Below are positions 1-9,472 of a stretch of DNA of 64,000 nucleotides, in pieces. Made by a program: the position numbers and the translations under genes. The notes beneath the pieces were generated by a model. The model had not been told where the DNA came from, did not search any database, and worked only from the letters and a program-made list of their open reading frames with translations. The DNA is from Candidatus Aenigmatarchaeota archaeon (GTDB lineage Archaea > Aenigmatarchaeota > Aenigmatarchaeia > CG10238-14 > SCSR01), in the NCBI GenBank assembly GCA_016187415.1, contig JACPJT010000007.1, forward strand, positions 132,821 to 196,820, written 5' to 3'. Numbering within the stretch: the first letter of the stretch is position 1; each line of letters opens with the position of its first letter.

Positions 1-3000
1 TCGGGCGCAACGATAAACGCCAACAGCGCAAACGGATATTCACTCCAACTGCCAAACGCCACATCTACATTACAGGGACTTGTCATAGGCAGTGGCGGTG
101 CGAATGTGACACTTCATGCTGAATATGTATCCCAGCTCGGACAGCTTGTTATTGAATCGGAAGGACCGAATACAGGTTCGTCGGTAAAAGTAAATTACGT
201 CAGGACAAATGAGTTCGATTCCTACGCAAACAATGTTCAGATGATGTATTTCGGCCAGGACAAAGTTGACATACGGCAACCGGTCACAGTCTCAACGGGA
301 AGCGGGACACTAAGCATAGAAGTGCCTGTAGGCATAAATACGGCATCCGCAGGCAACTACAAGCTGAATGTAATAGGCGACATAAACGCCTCATGGGGCA
401 ACTTCACCAACATCAACGTCAGCTCTACCTTCAACGCTCCGAACATAGTCGCAGGCGGCGGATGGATTAACGGGACGAATTTTAATGCGTCCAGTACTAT
501 TTACGGCACCAACCTGATATCATACAACTGGGTGAACGCAAGCAACATAAACGCAACAAACTCGATTTATGCAACGAACGGGACATTTTATGGCAATGTA
601 TACCAGCCCGTATATCCCACAGACGACGGCTTGCTTGCATACTGGTCCTTCTCAGAAGGCACAGGAACTGCAACCTACGACAAAAGTCCTTACGGTTATG
701 ACGGTACGCTGACCAATTTTGATTTCAACAGTTCTTCCAATTGGGCGTCTGGCAAGTACGGCAACGCGCTGATGTTTGACGGAAGAAACGACTATGTTAT
801 AGCATCGTCGGTTCCCACAGGCAACGCAATTACAATAGCCGCATGGATAAACGATACAAACACAACCTCCTACAAGGATGTCATCTCAAAAGGGTCTGCA
901 AACGATTATGAGCTTAGGATAGACAACCCATCAGAGGGCGGAAAACTGTCCTGTTTCATCAGAATAAACAACACAATCGAAGGTTCTGGCAACGGCAGAA
1001 TAAGTTCGCCGAGCGTATTGTCCCTTAACACATGGCATTTTGTAGCGTGTTCTTATGACAACGTCACGCAGGTGAAAAATCTTTATGTTGATGGACAGCT
1101 TGTCACAGTGCAGACAAACATAATCGGCAATCTCACAAATTCGAACAACAACGTATACATAGGCGCGAATGGCGGGACACTGAATTTCTGGAATGGAACC
1201 ATGGACGAGGTCAGGATTTATAATAGAAGCCTGTCATACGACGAGATCAGAACGCAGTATCTTGCCGGCATGCAGTCGCACGGTAGCATAATCGAGAATA
1301 AATTCAGGCTAGTCAATACGACTGGAAACAGGATGCTGGAAATAAACAATTCCGGCATATACTTAAACAACTCGCCGTCATCTGCGAATGTCATCCAGTC
1401 GGCAGGCGACCTGTCGTTGCAACCCATCTCTGGAAACGTTGGGATAGGCACGACATCGCCAAAACAAAAATTAGAGATATCCAGCGGTTTTATTAATGTG
1501 TCAAGCAGCGCCACATGGGGATCTGGCATTTACCTGGATGATGTGAATAATGGCGGTATACAATGGATTATACATTCAACAGGTTCAACCGCAAGTCAGG
1601 GCATAAGGAAATTGGTTTTTAGAAGCGACACAAATTCAACGGATGTAATGGTATTGACAGATTCAGGCAACGTCGGCATCAACACAACGAATCCGGCATC
1701 CCTGTTGAATATAATTTCAGGCGGGACGCAGGGGGCGTTGAACATAACGAACGGGACCGGCAGCGGCTCGGTGTTTTATGTGAATGCGTCATCCGGCAAT
1801 GTCGGGATAGGGACATCCTCACCCTCGTCCAGGCTTAATGTCACGGCCAACAGCGCAAGCCCCGCAGTAACTATTGGTCAGCAGGGCGCTGGATTGTCAT
1901 TGGAATTATTGAACGCAACTGGCGTCGGGACAGGTCTTGGTCTCGGCGACAATACAACTATTCTGGAGTATCCGTCCGGGCAGGATTACACCAATTATGC
2001 GGGGACTACATGGACGGTAAAGCCCAATACCGTGATGATAACGGGCAAGACGTCGAACACAAGCAGTTATCTGATGGCAGAAAACATAATAACGTCAATC
2101 ATCCGAGAAACGCCAACAAGCGTATTGAACATAGACCTGTCGACAAGGCACCTGACGCTGAACGCCCAGCAGGGCGATTTGTCAATACTGGGGGCAAGAA
2201 ATATAATGTCAAGCGCAACCAACATCATAACAGATGCAGCAAATCCATACGGAATAAGTGGGGGTGCGGTACCAATCAATATGCTGACAATATATGCAAA
2301 TAGCGGCAATACGAATGCAGTCAACATCACGAATTATGCGACTACAAACAGCCTTGTCATACAGAACGAAACCGGGGGCCTTGCGCGGCAGTTCGTAGTG
2401 ACCAATCTCGGCAAAGTGGGAATAGGGATACTGACGCCGACCCAGCAGCTGGAAGTCGTGGGAAACGTGAATATTACAGGAAATATAAATGCAAGCTGGG
2501 TGAATGCGACTAACATTACTGTAAACAAAGATCTCCATTTGGAGGGAGGCGTATTCGGTCCCGTTGCACCGAAGTCTGGAAAAGGTACGGCAACTTGCGA
2601 TGCCGGTAGTAGTTGTACGGATGCTACAGTGTACACGGTTACAGCTGGCAAGATTTTTGTGGCAACAGACCTAATTTTCAGGTCCTCTCTAGGAGCAACC
2701 TTGGTTCTGAAAGACAGTTCAACTCAAGTGATTCATACGATCAATCCGTCAGGGGGAACAAACGATACGGTAATATCATTCAAAAGCGGCATACCGTTCA
2801 ATACTTCAGTCGTAGTTTCTTGTACAGGAACGTCCACAAACTGCAATGTGTTTGTATCGGGATATGAGATTACAAATACACCAGCCAGATCTGGTTACGG
2901 CTCATCTTCATGCGATGGGAGCAGCACGTGTACCGCAACAACTATAAGGACGGTTCCTATCGGAAAGACATTTGTAGTCACGGATATGATTACCTCGGGA

Positions 3001-3216
3001 ACATGTGTATCATTTTCACTTCAGCAAAATGGTACCGCAAAGACATATAGCTTCTCAGGAGCGGCGATATATCCTGGCAATAGCGGAAGTACAGGAAACA
3101 GCTACTATAACTTCGGCAGTGGCATTTCATTCCAACCAAGTTCTCAAGTTCAGATCAGTTGCGACAGTGGTACTTCTGTTACATCATCGGCCACAATTTC
3201 GGGATACGAATATTGA
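1..3216 (+). CDS. Giant secreted/surface protein with a LamG (concanavalin A-like lectin) domain. It is 5'-partial: the frame is open from base 1, upstream of the GTG at 106.
   Basis: Frame 1 has no stop from nt 1 to 3216. A LamG-like segment reads 'WSFSEGTGT...LNTWHFVACSYD...LYVDGQLV...WNGTMDEVRIYNRSLSYDEI'. N/T/S-rich repeats carry many N-x-S/T sequons. The Cys-rich C-terminal modules are duplicated ('CDAGSSCTDATVYTV' and 'CDGSSTCTATTIRTV'). Confidence 0.6.
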   Translation, partial: SGATINANSANGYSLQLPNATSTLQGLVIGSGGANVTLHAEYVSQLGQLVIESEGPNTGSSVKVNYVRTNEFDSYANNVQMMYFGQDKVDIRQPVTVSTGSGTLSIEVPVGINTASAGNYKLNVIGDINASWGNFTNINVSSTFNAPNIVAGGGWINGTNFNASSTIYGTNLISYNWVNASNINATNSIYATNGTFYGNVYQPVYPTDDGLLAYWSFSEGTGTATYDKSPYGYDGTLTNFDFNSSSNWASGKYGNALMFDGRNDYVIASSVPTGNAITIAAWINDTNTTSYKDVISKGSANDYELRIDNPSEGGKLSCFIRINNTIEGSGNGRISSPSVLSLNTWHFVACSYDNVTQVKNLYVDGQLVTVQTNIIGNLTNSNNNVYIGANGGTLNFWNGTMDEVRIYNRSLSYDEIRTQYLAGMQSHGSIIENKFRLVNTTGNRMLEINNSGIYLNNSPSSANVIQSAGDLSLQPISGNVGIGTTSPKQKLEISSGFINVSSSATWGSGIYLDDVNNGGIQWIIHSTGSTASQGIRKLVFRSDTNSTDVMVLTDSGNVGINTTNPASLLNIISGGTQGALNITNGTGSGSVFYVNASSGNVGIGTSSPSSRLNVTANSASPAVTIGQQGAGLSLELLNATGVGTGLGLGDNTTILEYPSGQDYTNYAGTTWTVKPNTVMITGKTSNTSSYLMAENIITSIIRETPTSVLNIDLSTRHLTLNAQQGDLSILGARNIMSSATNIITDAANPYGISGGAVPINMLTIYANSGNTNAVNITNYATTNSLVIQNETGGLARQFVVTNLGKVGIGILTPTQQLEVVGNVNITGNINASWVNATNITVNKDLHLEGGVFGPVAPKSGKGTATCDAGSSCTDATVYTVTAGKIFVATDLIFRSSLGATLVLKDSSTQVIHTINPSGGTNDTVISFKSGIPFNTSVVVSCTGTSTNCNVFVSGYEITNTPARSGYGSSSCDGSSTCTATTIRTVPIGKTFVVTDMITSGTCVSFSLQQNGTAKTYSFSGAAIYPGNSGSTGNSYYNFGSGISFQPSSQVQISCDSGTSVTSSATISGYEY

Positions 3217-3291
3217 TTCGATTATCTCCAATAGAGAGATATCTTTTTATCTCCCTCCTCTCAATCTAATATCAACAGGAGGTGCGAAAGA

Positions 3292-3489
3292 GTGAAAAAA
3301 ATGGGAGCTTTGGATTGGATTGTAGCAATCCTAGTAATAGTAGGTGCTCTTAACTGGGGACTAGTCGGCATAGGCGCCGGTAACGTAGTAGGAGCAGTCT
3401 TCGGTTCAATTCCAGCCTTACTTCAGATAGTCTATGTCCTAGTAGGACTAGCTGGATTGTGGAAACTTTACAAAGTACTAATGGGTTAA
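3292..3489 (+). CDS. Small membrane protein, DUF378-like, with two TM helices
   Basis: The 65-aa hydrophobic product carries a 'GALNWGLVG' motif typical of the DUF378 family. A GGAGG-like sequence lies 8 nt upstream of the ATG. Confidence 0.55.
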   Translation: MKKMGALDWIVAILVIVGALNWGLVGIGAGNVVGAVFGSIPALLQIVYVLVGLAGLWKLYKVLMG

Positions 3490-3530
3490 GCCCTCCAAAA
3501 CTTTAGAGATTTTTTAATTTTTTCTTATTT

Positions 3531-3566
3531 TAAACGTTCAAACCGAATTCTTTCCTTGCGACACCT
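3531..3566. repeat. Direct repeat copy A, ~36 bp core, similarity decaying to ~48 bp
   Basis: Copy A 'TAAACGTTCAAACCGAATTCTTTCCTTGCGACA' versus copy B 'TAAACGTTCAACCCAAATTCTTTCCTCGCGACA' at 4111. On the minus strand copy A still encodes '...VARKEFGLNV*'. Confidence 0.7.
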
Positions 3567-3619
3567 TGCCGAATTTTTAACCTTTAAATATTAATCGCCA
3601 AATAATAAAGTGATAGAAT

Positions 3620-3817
3620 ATGGTTGAACTTAAAGTTATGGGAAAACACGAGGCCAGATGGGTGACTATATCTACTGATGAATATGAAAGCATGAAAGCT
3701 ACTATAGAAGTTCTATCAGACCCTGAATTAATGAATCAGTTGAGAATGAGTGAAGAAGACATAAAAGCGGGTAGGACAAAGAAATTAAGCAATATTTTAA
3801 AAGAACTTAAACAATAG
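3620..3817 (+). CDS. Phd/YefM-family type II antitoxin
   Basis: The 65-aa product has '...TISTDEYESMKATIEVLSDPELMNQLRMSEEDIKAGR', the characteristic Phd/YefM C-terminal signature. Confidence 0.65.
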   Translation: MVELKVMGKHEARWVTISTDEYESMKATIEVLSDPELMNQLRMSEEDIKAGRTKKLSNILKELKQ

Positions 3818-4075
3818 CTACATTTCATCTTTGTGTTTTAACCCGACTATTGTAACTATTTTTCTTTGATCGTCGATGATATACAGAATTCTATACCTTC
3901 TCTCAAATCTTATTTCCCATACACCTGCTAGTGGTCTTCTCAACGGCTTGCCATAAGCATCAGGCGCCAGTTTCAGCTTTTCTAATCTTTCATTAAGCTC
4001 ATCCAATTGTCTAGTATCTAATTTCTTCTTTTTAATTTCCTTTTCTACGGTTTCAGAGAATTCTATCTCATACAC
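3818..4075 (-). CDS. RelE/ParE-family type II toxin
   Basis: The 85-aa product ends '...PLAGVWEIRFERRYRILYIIDDQRKIVTIVGLKHKDEM', the RelE/StbE fold signature. It is convergent with the YefM gene and their stop codons abut. Confidence 0.65.
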   Translation of the reverse strand: MYEIEFSETVEKEIKKKKLDTRQLDELNERLEKLKLAPDAYGKPLRRPLAGVWEIRFERRYRILYIIDDQRKIVTIVGLKHKDEM

Positions 4076-4109
4076 ATTGATTAATTGGATATAAGATAAA
4101 TTAAATTAT

Positions 4110-4580
4110 CTAAACGTTCAACCCAAATTCTTTCCTCGCGACATCTCTAAGGATTCTTATCAGATTCACAAGCTGGCTTTTCTTTACAGAAACAGCGCCG
4201 ACAGACTTGAACTTGCTGCTTGCCCTTATCAGATGGTCGTGTTTCGTCTGGTTTATTCTCAAAAATTCCTCTTCGCCTTCGTACCTAGGCTGTTTGAAAA
4301 CATCTATCCACAATTTGTCCATGCCGCTCAGGTCAATCCTGCCTACAAACCTGCTCGGACCGACAGAATAGTAAATTTTCGCAGGACCCTTCTCGTCATA
4401 ATTGACTTTCTTTTCAATAAGCATCCTTTCAAGCAATTTAGTCACAGTGTGCCTGTTCAGATCCAATTTTTGCGCAATGTCATGTATCGTCATTCCCCTT
4501 ATGCTTCCATTCAGAGTATCGAAAATCCTCTTTTGATTTTCTGTATCGTATTCAACCTCTTTCGTCGTCTTGAAATTCAT
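4110..4580 (-). CDS. Winged-helix (MarR/TrmB-like) transcriptional regulator
   Basis: The N-terminal wHTH reads 'MTIHDIAQKLDLNRHTVTKLLERMLIEKKV'. Its last ~12 codons are duplicated at 3531-3566. Confidence 0.5.
   Translation of the reverse strand: MNFKTTKEVEYDTENQKRIFDTLNGSIRGMTIHDIAQKLDLNRHTVTKLLERMLIEKKVNYDEKGPAKIYYSVGPSRFVGRIDLSGMDKLWIDVFKQPRYEGEEEFLRINQTKHDHLIRASSKFKSVGAVSVKKSQLVNLIRILRDVARKEFGLNV
4111..4146. repeat. Direct repeat copy B, the 3' end of the regulator gene
   Basis: See copy A. There are 3 mismatches over the 33-bp core. Confidence 0.7.
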
Positions 4581-4734
4581 CTTACCACCTACAATCCACT
4601 TGTATTTCGATAATATAAAGGTGCATGATTAGTGTCTATAAATATGATGTGGGAAATCTACCCACGATAACTTTATATACTACTATTTACAATCTAATGT
4701 ATAGAAATTAAATGATAACAATGGAGGTATACAA

Positions 4735-5376
4735 ATGTCTATAGTAACGGTATTCAAATCCGACAACCTGCCCAGCCCATGGCAAGTTGCGAAATCGCTC
4801 GATGGGCAAAAAATTAATGACGGATGGCTGACAGCCTTCGTTAGCAAATACAACAGGAATGAAATCTGTGTAAACCACTGGTTCTATGAAGATCTGGAAA
4901 ACAGTCTGAAAAAAGTTTTCGACGAGGAAGAAAGCATGGAAGTGGTATCGTATCTTCATCAAAACGGAAAGACGCGCGCTTTGAAGAGAATCTACTGCTT
5001 CATCAACGTTCTAATGAAGACGTTGGAAATATATACAGGCTCAGAAGTAAAATTAAATGAGATTACAACAGGATTGGAAGAGCTGTTAAAAGTAAAATTC
5101 ACGCGAGTGACAATAACTTCTGACAACCTGCAGAAAATATATTCCGAGCATTCAAGCGAACTGAAGCAGGTGATGTTCAAAAACCTTGAAGGTCTCTTTT
5201 ACGAGATTCTGCGCGGAAAATATCTTGAGAACAACGAAAAGTTCAAGCAGTACATGGAAAAATTCCCCGAATCCCTGAGGGTGATAAGCTTCAGACCGAG
5301 GATAAAATTCCTTAACGGGTACAACAAGTACCAAGTGACTTTGAATGGGGATATTGGTTTCACAAGTAACTATTAA
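4735..5376 (+). CDS. Hypothetical protein
   Basis: A 213-aa ORF sits directly upstream of the recombinase gene. No motif was recognised. Confidence 0.4.
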   Translation: MSIVTVFKSDNLPSPWQVAKSLDGQKINDGWLTAFVSKYNRNEICVNHWFYEDLENSLKKVFDEEESMEVVSYLHQNGKTRALKRIYCFINVLMKTLEIYTGSEVKLNEITTGLEELLKVKFTRVTITSDNLQKIYSEHSSELKQVMFKNLEGLFYEILRGKYLENNEKFKQYMEKFPESLRVISFRPRIKFLNGYNKYQVTLNGDIGFTSNY

Positions 5377-5449
5377 CCTTTTTAAATACTTTACTGTCCA
5401 AATAATTATTGTGTACGAAGAAGACGAGATAGACAAACGAATTGATAAG

Positions 5450-6751
5450 ATGCTGGAGTCGCCCGAGTTTACCGAAAATCAGAGAAAGACTGTCAAAAGA
5501 TTCGACCACAATAACGAAGCAGAAGGTATATCCTTATCATGCAGGCATCATTATATCTCTGACTTGAGAACATTTGCAAAATTTCTGAATGAAAATGGGA
5601 GCAAAGGTTTCGAAAACATTACTTACGATGACATTGTGGATTTTATGGCATGGGCTTCCAAGAAGTATGCAAGGGATTCCATTAGAAATTTCGGTGCGGC
5701 TATCAAGAAATTGATGCGAATTCTTGGCAAGTGGGATGTATATCATGCGTATAAAATCCCCAGAAAGAAGCTGAGGGAATTGCCGGAAGTTCTTACTGAA
5801 GATGAAGTCATGAAAATCGCCAAAGCTGCAACAGATACTATGGGAAGAGCTTTGGTTCTTCTTATTTATGAAACAGGCGGACGAGTCGGCGAGATAATAA
5901 ATCTCAAGGTAAAGGATATCGAGTTCACAAAACATTCGGCAAGGATTACTCTGCATGGCAAGACTGGCGATCGTGTTGTGCCTCTGATATTTTCCGTTGA
6001 AGCGTTGCAGACTTGGCTGAACCACCATCCTTTAGGTAATGATGGAAAGGCTTACGTATTCTTTCCAAGGTCTGCAGTAACTTGGAAATGTCCTACATGT
6101 AACACTATTGTGCGAAGGGAGATTAAGAAATCGAAAACTGGCAGGAGCGTTACGAAAAGGTATCTGCCGTTTTGCCCGAAATGCAAGAAGGAGTTTGATT
6201 TGCCCAAACCTTATGTCAAGATGTCAAGGCATGGTGTAAGGAAAAGATTAGTCGAGATGGCTGAGAGAGCTGGACTTAATGGGAAAAGAATCCACCCACA
6301 TTTATTCCGTCATAGCAGATTTACACATTTGACGCTAAAAGGATTAAGTGATTCTGTTTTGCAAAAGTTAGGTGGATGGAGGAAGCGTGAAATGCTGGAT
6401 GTCTACACTCACTTGGGTAACAAGGATGCAATCGAAAGCGTTGAAAAGCTTTATGGAATAATACCAGAAGACAAAATCGATGACACGCCACTGAAGCAGA
6501 AGACATGTCCAAGATGCAGGTACAATAATTCGCCAACTTCAATATTCTGCGGAAGATGCAGTCTGGCTTTGGATATAGAAACTGCGTTGAAAGTGGACGA
6601 AAGGGAGCATGTTAGGAATGAGTGGATGAAAGTCATGATGAAGGACAAGAATATCCGAACCACCATGATTGAAAGGACAGAACAACTAATGGAAGAAAAG
6701 TTACCGAAAGATTTCAAGCAGAAACTTATGCTGATGTTGGGCGAGAGCTGA
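5450..6751 (+). CDS. Tyrosine recombinase/integrase (XerC/D-like phage-integrase family) with two inserted Zn-ribbon modules. The listed ORF starts at 5345; the likely start is Met at 5450.
   Basis: The catalytic signature reads R('GGRVGEI')...K('HGKTGDR')...'HPHLFRHS'...'GGWRK'...'DVYTHL' (Tyr). A CPTC...CPKC ribbon sits between the K and HxxR motifs, and a C-terminal CPRC...CGRC ribbon follows. Confidence 0.75.
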   Translation: MLESPEFTENQRKTVKRFDHNNEAEGISLSCRHHYISDLRTFAKFLNENGSKGFENITYDDIVDFMAWASKKYARDSIRNFGAAIKKLMRILGKWDVYHAYKIPRKKLRELPEVLTEDEVMKIAKAATDTMGRALVLLIYETGGRVGEIINLKVKDIEFTKHSARITLHGKTGDRVVPLIFSVEALQTWLNHHPLGNDGKAYVFFPRSAVTWKCPTCNTIVRREIKKSKTGRSVTKRYLPFCPKCKKEFDLPKPYVKMSRHGVRKRLVEMAERAGLNGKRIHPHLFRHSRFTHLTLKGLSDSVLQKLGGWRKREMLDVYTHLGNKDAIESVEKLYGIIPEDKIDDTPLKQKTCPRCRYNNSPTSIFCGRCSLALDIETALKVDEREHVRNEWMKVMMKDKNIRTTMIERTEQLMEEKLPKDFKQKLMLMLGES

Positions 6752-6784
6752 TCACTTTTCTTTTAAGAAAAGTATTACTAATGT

Positions 6785-7390
6785 ATGGGATTGCACACCA
6801 GGGAAGAAGGAAATAAGTGGTGGAGAAACATCTTGTCAGTACTTGGAGTTACCAATACTTGGAAAATGGGTGCTGAAGGGGAAGAACGGATTATAGAGCA
6901 ATTAAGCAGACTCGATGGATATCATGCGTTTCACGATATCATGCTACCGAGAGAAGTGGCAAATATAGACCATATAGTTGTCGGAAGAAACGGTATCTTT
7001 GCAGTCGAGACCAAGAATTATAAAGGAGAAATATTTTGCATTGGTGACGAATGGAGTAAAAGTAGAGTTGGTAGTTTTGGCATAGAATACAGAGAACCCA
7101 TTACCAGTATCAGCATTCAAGTTAAAAGAAATGCGTACAAACTTAGTGAATTCATAAAGAAACGGCTGAAAACTTTCACATATCTCTCTTCGAGAGTATT
7201 TGTAGTGCCAATTGTCGTCTTCACTAATGATGATTTTGAATTACATTCCCTTCGACCAACAGTAAAAATTGTTAGACCAAGAAGCATAGCTGCAGCTATC
7301 AAAAAGAATGAAATAGAGAAACATTATACCGATGAAGAAATTAAATCCATAGCTACTTTAGTAGGAAAGTACGAGCGTTGGGAAACATGA
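6785..7390 (+). CDS. NERD-domain (nuclease-related) protein
   Basis: 'YHAFHDIMLPREVANIDHIVVGRNGIFAVETKNYKGEI' matches the NERD / PD-(D/E)xK-like core. The start may instead be the internal Met at ~6866. Confidence 0.6.
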   Translation: MGLHTREEGNKWWRNILSVLGVTNTWKMGAEGEERIIEQLSRLDGYHAFHDIMLPREVANIDHIVVGRNGIFAVETKNYKGEIFCIGDEWSKSRVGSFGIEYREPITSISIQVKRNAYKLSEFIKKRLKTFTYLSSRVFVVPIVVFTNDDFELHSLRPTVKIVRPRSIAAAIKKNEIEKHYTDEEIKSIATLVGKYERWET

Positions 7391-7594
7391 AACTATCAAA
7401 GCAGACAATAAGCTTCGTTCTGAAATATTCCGGCATCGGTCTTGCTACAGCATCGCTTATTTACGGGGTCACAAATTATTTCGACATTCGTGTATATAGT
7501 TTGTTATTCCTTGCGATTAGTTTTATTGTAAGCAGTCGGCTGTGGAAGAAATAAATCTCAAGAAAGCTTTCAGACAGTTTGTAAAAGAGAAGAA

Positions 7595-9073
7595 CTACGA
7601 ATATTTGTTTGGTTGAATATTACGAGCAATGCAATTCAACTCGAATTCAAATGTTATACTGGATTTAGGTTCAATTACCATCCATTCTATTGTGAGCTCG
7701 TCGCCTCTCATACTCGGAGAGATATCAGCTAATCCTGTTGATTTGTCTATTAAACTACATGAATTCTTGTTGCAGGCATATTTTTGGAAGATTGTCCTGT
7801 TTGTCATCTCAATACCATTTGCTTCTATAAAACTTATTTCGCATTTATCCCATAAACGCCTATAATTTGCGAATTGATTTAATTCAAAATTTCTAAAATC
7901 TATTTTCGAATTCTCATTATTTTTAACATCCATATAAAATATTCCACCAGAGTCCACAATAGTCGGGGCAGATTCTTTGATTGAGATTATAGATTCAGGA
8001 GCAAATTCGTATCCTTGAATTCTTATGTCCTTTATTTTACTTTTATCAATACCCATGACCCTATCAAATAGAATGATAATTTTATTGTTGTTTTTATTTA
8101 ATTGTATACCCGTTATACCGACCTCTTTTTCCAAACTTTTCAAATATGCCTTGTCGTACTCTCTGAACAAGTTAACCGGATAATATTTATCTGTAGTCTC
8201 CACTACTATGTTAAAGGACTGTTCGAGATTTGTATCATTAGTAATGATGGCTCCATATTCGACGGGTATCCATCCTAAAAACCCGCCATTCGTTATATTG
8301 ATAGATTTTGTGACTTGTTTGTATACTTGCCATAAATGGTTTTCGTTCAATGCTTCTAAAGATACGCCCTTTCCGTCTACATTGTAAGTTACGACCCTTT
8401 CATCATAGTATGTGACTTCAGGAACAAATAAAAGCTTGAATGCGAGAAGCAATACTATAAATACTATACCACCAGTTACTTCTTTGAAGATAATCTTCCT
8501 TGATATGTTTTTAATTGAAAAATTAATTTTCAAGGCAGTTTTTGTTAATGCTAAATAAAGCGTATAAGATATCAGCAAAGGAAAAATAAGCATAACGCTG
8601 AAAAATATTAGCGACTTTGTTAAAAAGCTTAGTTGCGTAAGCCCAATTGTGATAGAAAGTGCAATTAAAATCACCATGAAATTCATTAAGATAAAATTTG
8701 TTTTCTGGATCAAGAGTAATATAAAATCTCTTATTTTTTCTCCAGCGCTGAAAAATTGCAACCATAAGATTGCAGAAAACGTAACTAAAAATATTCTGCT
8801 CCATATGTCTATCGTATGTATAGATACAAGATCGTAAAAGAATAGTGTCCATATCACAGACAGTATAATCATGACAATAAAAGAAAACCAGTAGGCTCCT
8901 ATACCAATAATAGCTGAGAAAAATATTTTATCACTTTCACCTAAGGCTCTCCACCATTCTTTATTTTTAGAAAATAAGACAAAAACAAGTGTATAACCTA
9001 ATAAAAGGCTAAACAATATAGAAAGTGCTGGCATATTCAATGCCGATGCCAAATCAGCTATTTCAAATACCAT
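7595..9073 (-). CDS. Polytopic membrane protein with an extracytoplasmic C-terminal domain
   Basis: The first ~200 of 492 aa hold many hydrophobic helices. Local GC is very low. Confidence 0.45.
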   Translation of the reverse strand: MVFEIADLASALNMPALSILFSLLLGYTLVFVLFSKNKEWWRALGESDKIFFSAIIGIGAYWFSFIVMIILSVIWTLFFYDLVSIHTIDIWSRIFLVTFSAILWLQFFSAGEKIRDFILLLIQKTNFILMNFMVILIALSITIGLTQLSFLTKSLIFFSVMLIFPLLISYTLYLALTKTALKINFSIKNISRKIIFKEVTGGIVFIVLLLAFKLLFVPEVTYYDERVVTYNVDGKGVSLEALNENHLWQVYKQVTKSINITNGGFLGWIPVEYGAIITNDTNLEQSFNIVVETTDKYYPVNLFREYDKAYLKSLEKEVGITGIQLNKNNNKIIILFDRVMGIDKSKIKDIRIQGYEFAPESIISIKESAPTIVDSGGIFYMDVKNNENSKIDFRNFELNQFANYRRLWDKCEISFIEANGIEMTNRTIFQKYACNKNSCSLIDKSTGLADISPSMRGDELTIEWMVIEPKSSITFEFELNCIARNIQPNKYS

Positions 9074-9139
9074 AAATGATAAAATGGGATAAAATCTATT
9101 TAACTATCTCTTCGCACAATAAAAAAGCTCTAAAATTTG

Positions 9140-9469
9140 TCAATTTTTATCCCATTTTAACAGTATCCATTCTCTACATCGATTGCAGCGGATTGATTTA
9201 CTATCTGGGGAAGCTGACATGTCATTTTTGCAATACGGGCATTTGAATCTTGTAGAACCCGTAAACGCATGATAACCGCCTGCGAAAAAGGCAAATGAAA
9301 TAGCAAAAAAACCAAGTCCAGCAAAAAATCCGATTACAGTAATAAAGGCAATAACAGCAATTAGAAGAAAACCAATACCCGCAAAAACCAATATTAAACC
9401 TGCTAATCCTCTCAAAAAAGAGATTTTCGGACGGATTAATGTAATTTCTTTCTTTTTCAAAGAAAACAC
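9140..9469 (-). CDS. Membrane protein with a C-terminal Zn-ribbon
   Basis: Two TM helices are followed by 'CPYCKND...CNRC'. Confidence 0.45.
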   Translation of the reverse strand: MFSLKKKEITLIRPKISFLRGLAGLILVFAGIGFLLIAVIAFITVIGFFAGLGFFAISFAFFAGGYHAFTGSTRFKCPYCKNDMSASPDSKSIRCNRCREWILLKWDKN

Positions 9470-9472
9470 CTT

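Noticed and set aside
5345-5449. N-terminal 35 codons of the listed integrase ORF
   Set aside because: This stretch overlaps the preceding gene. The Met at 5450 ('MLESPEF') gives a conventional recombinase N-terminus.
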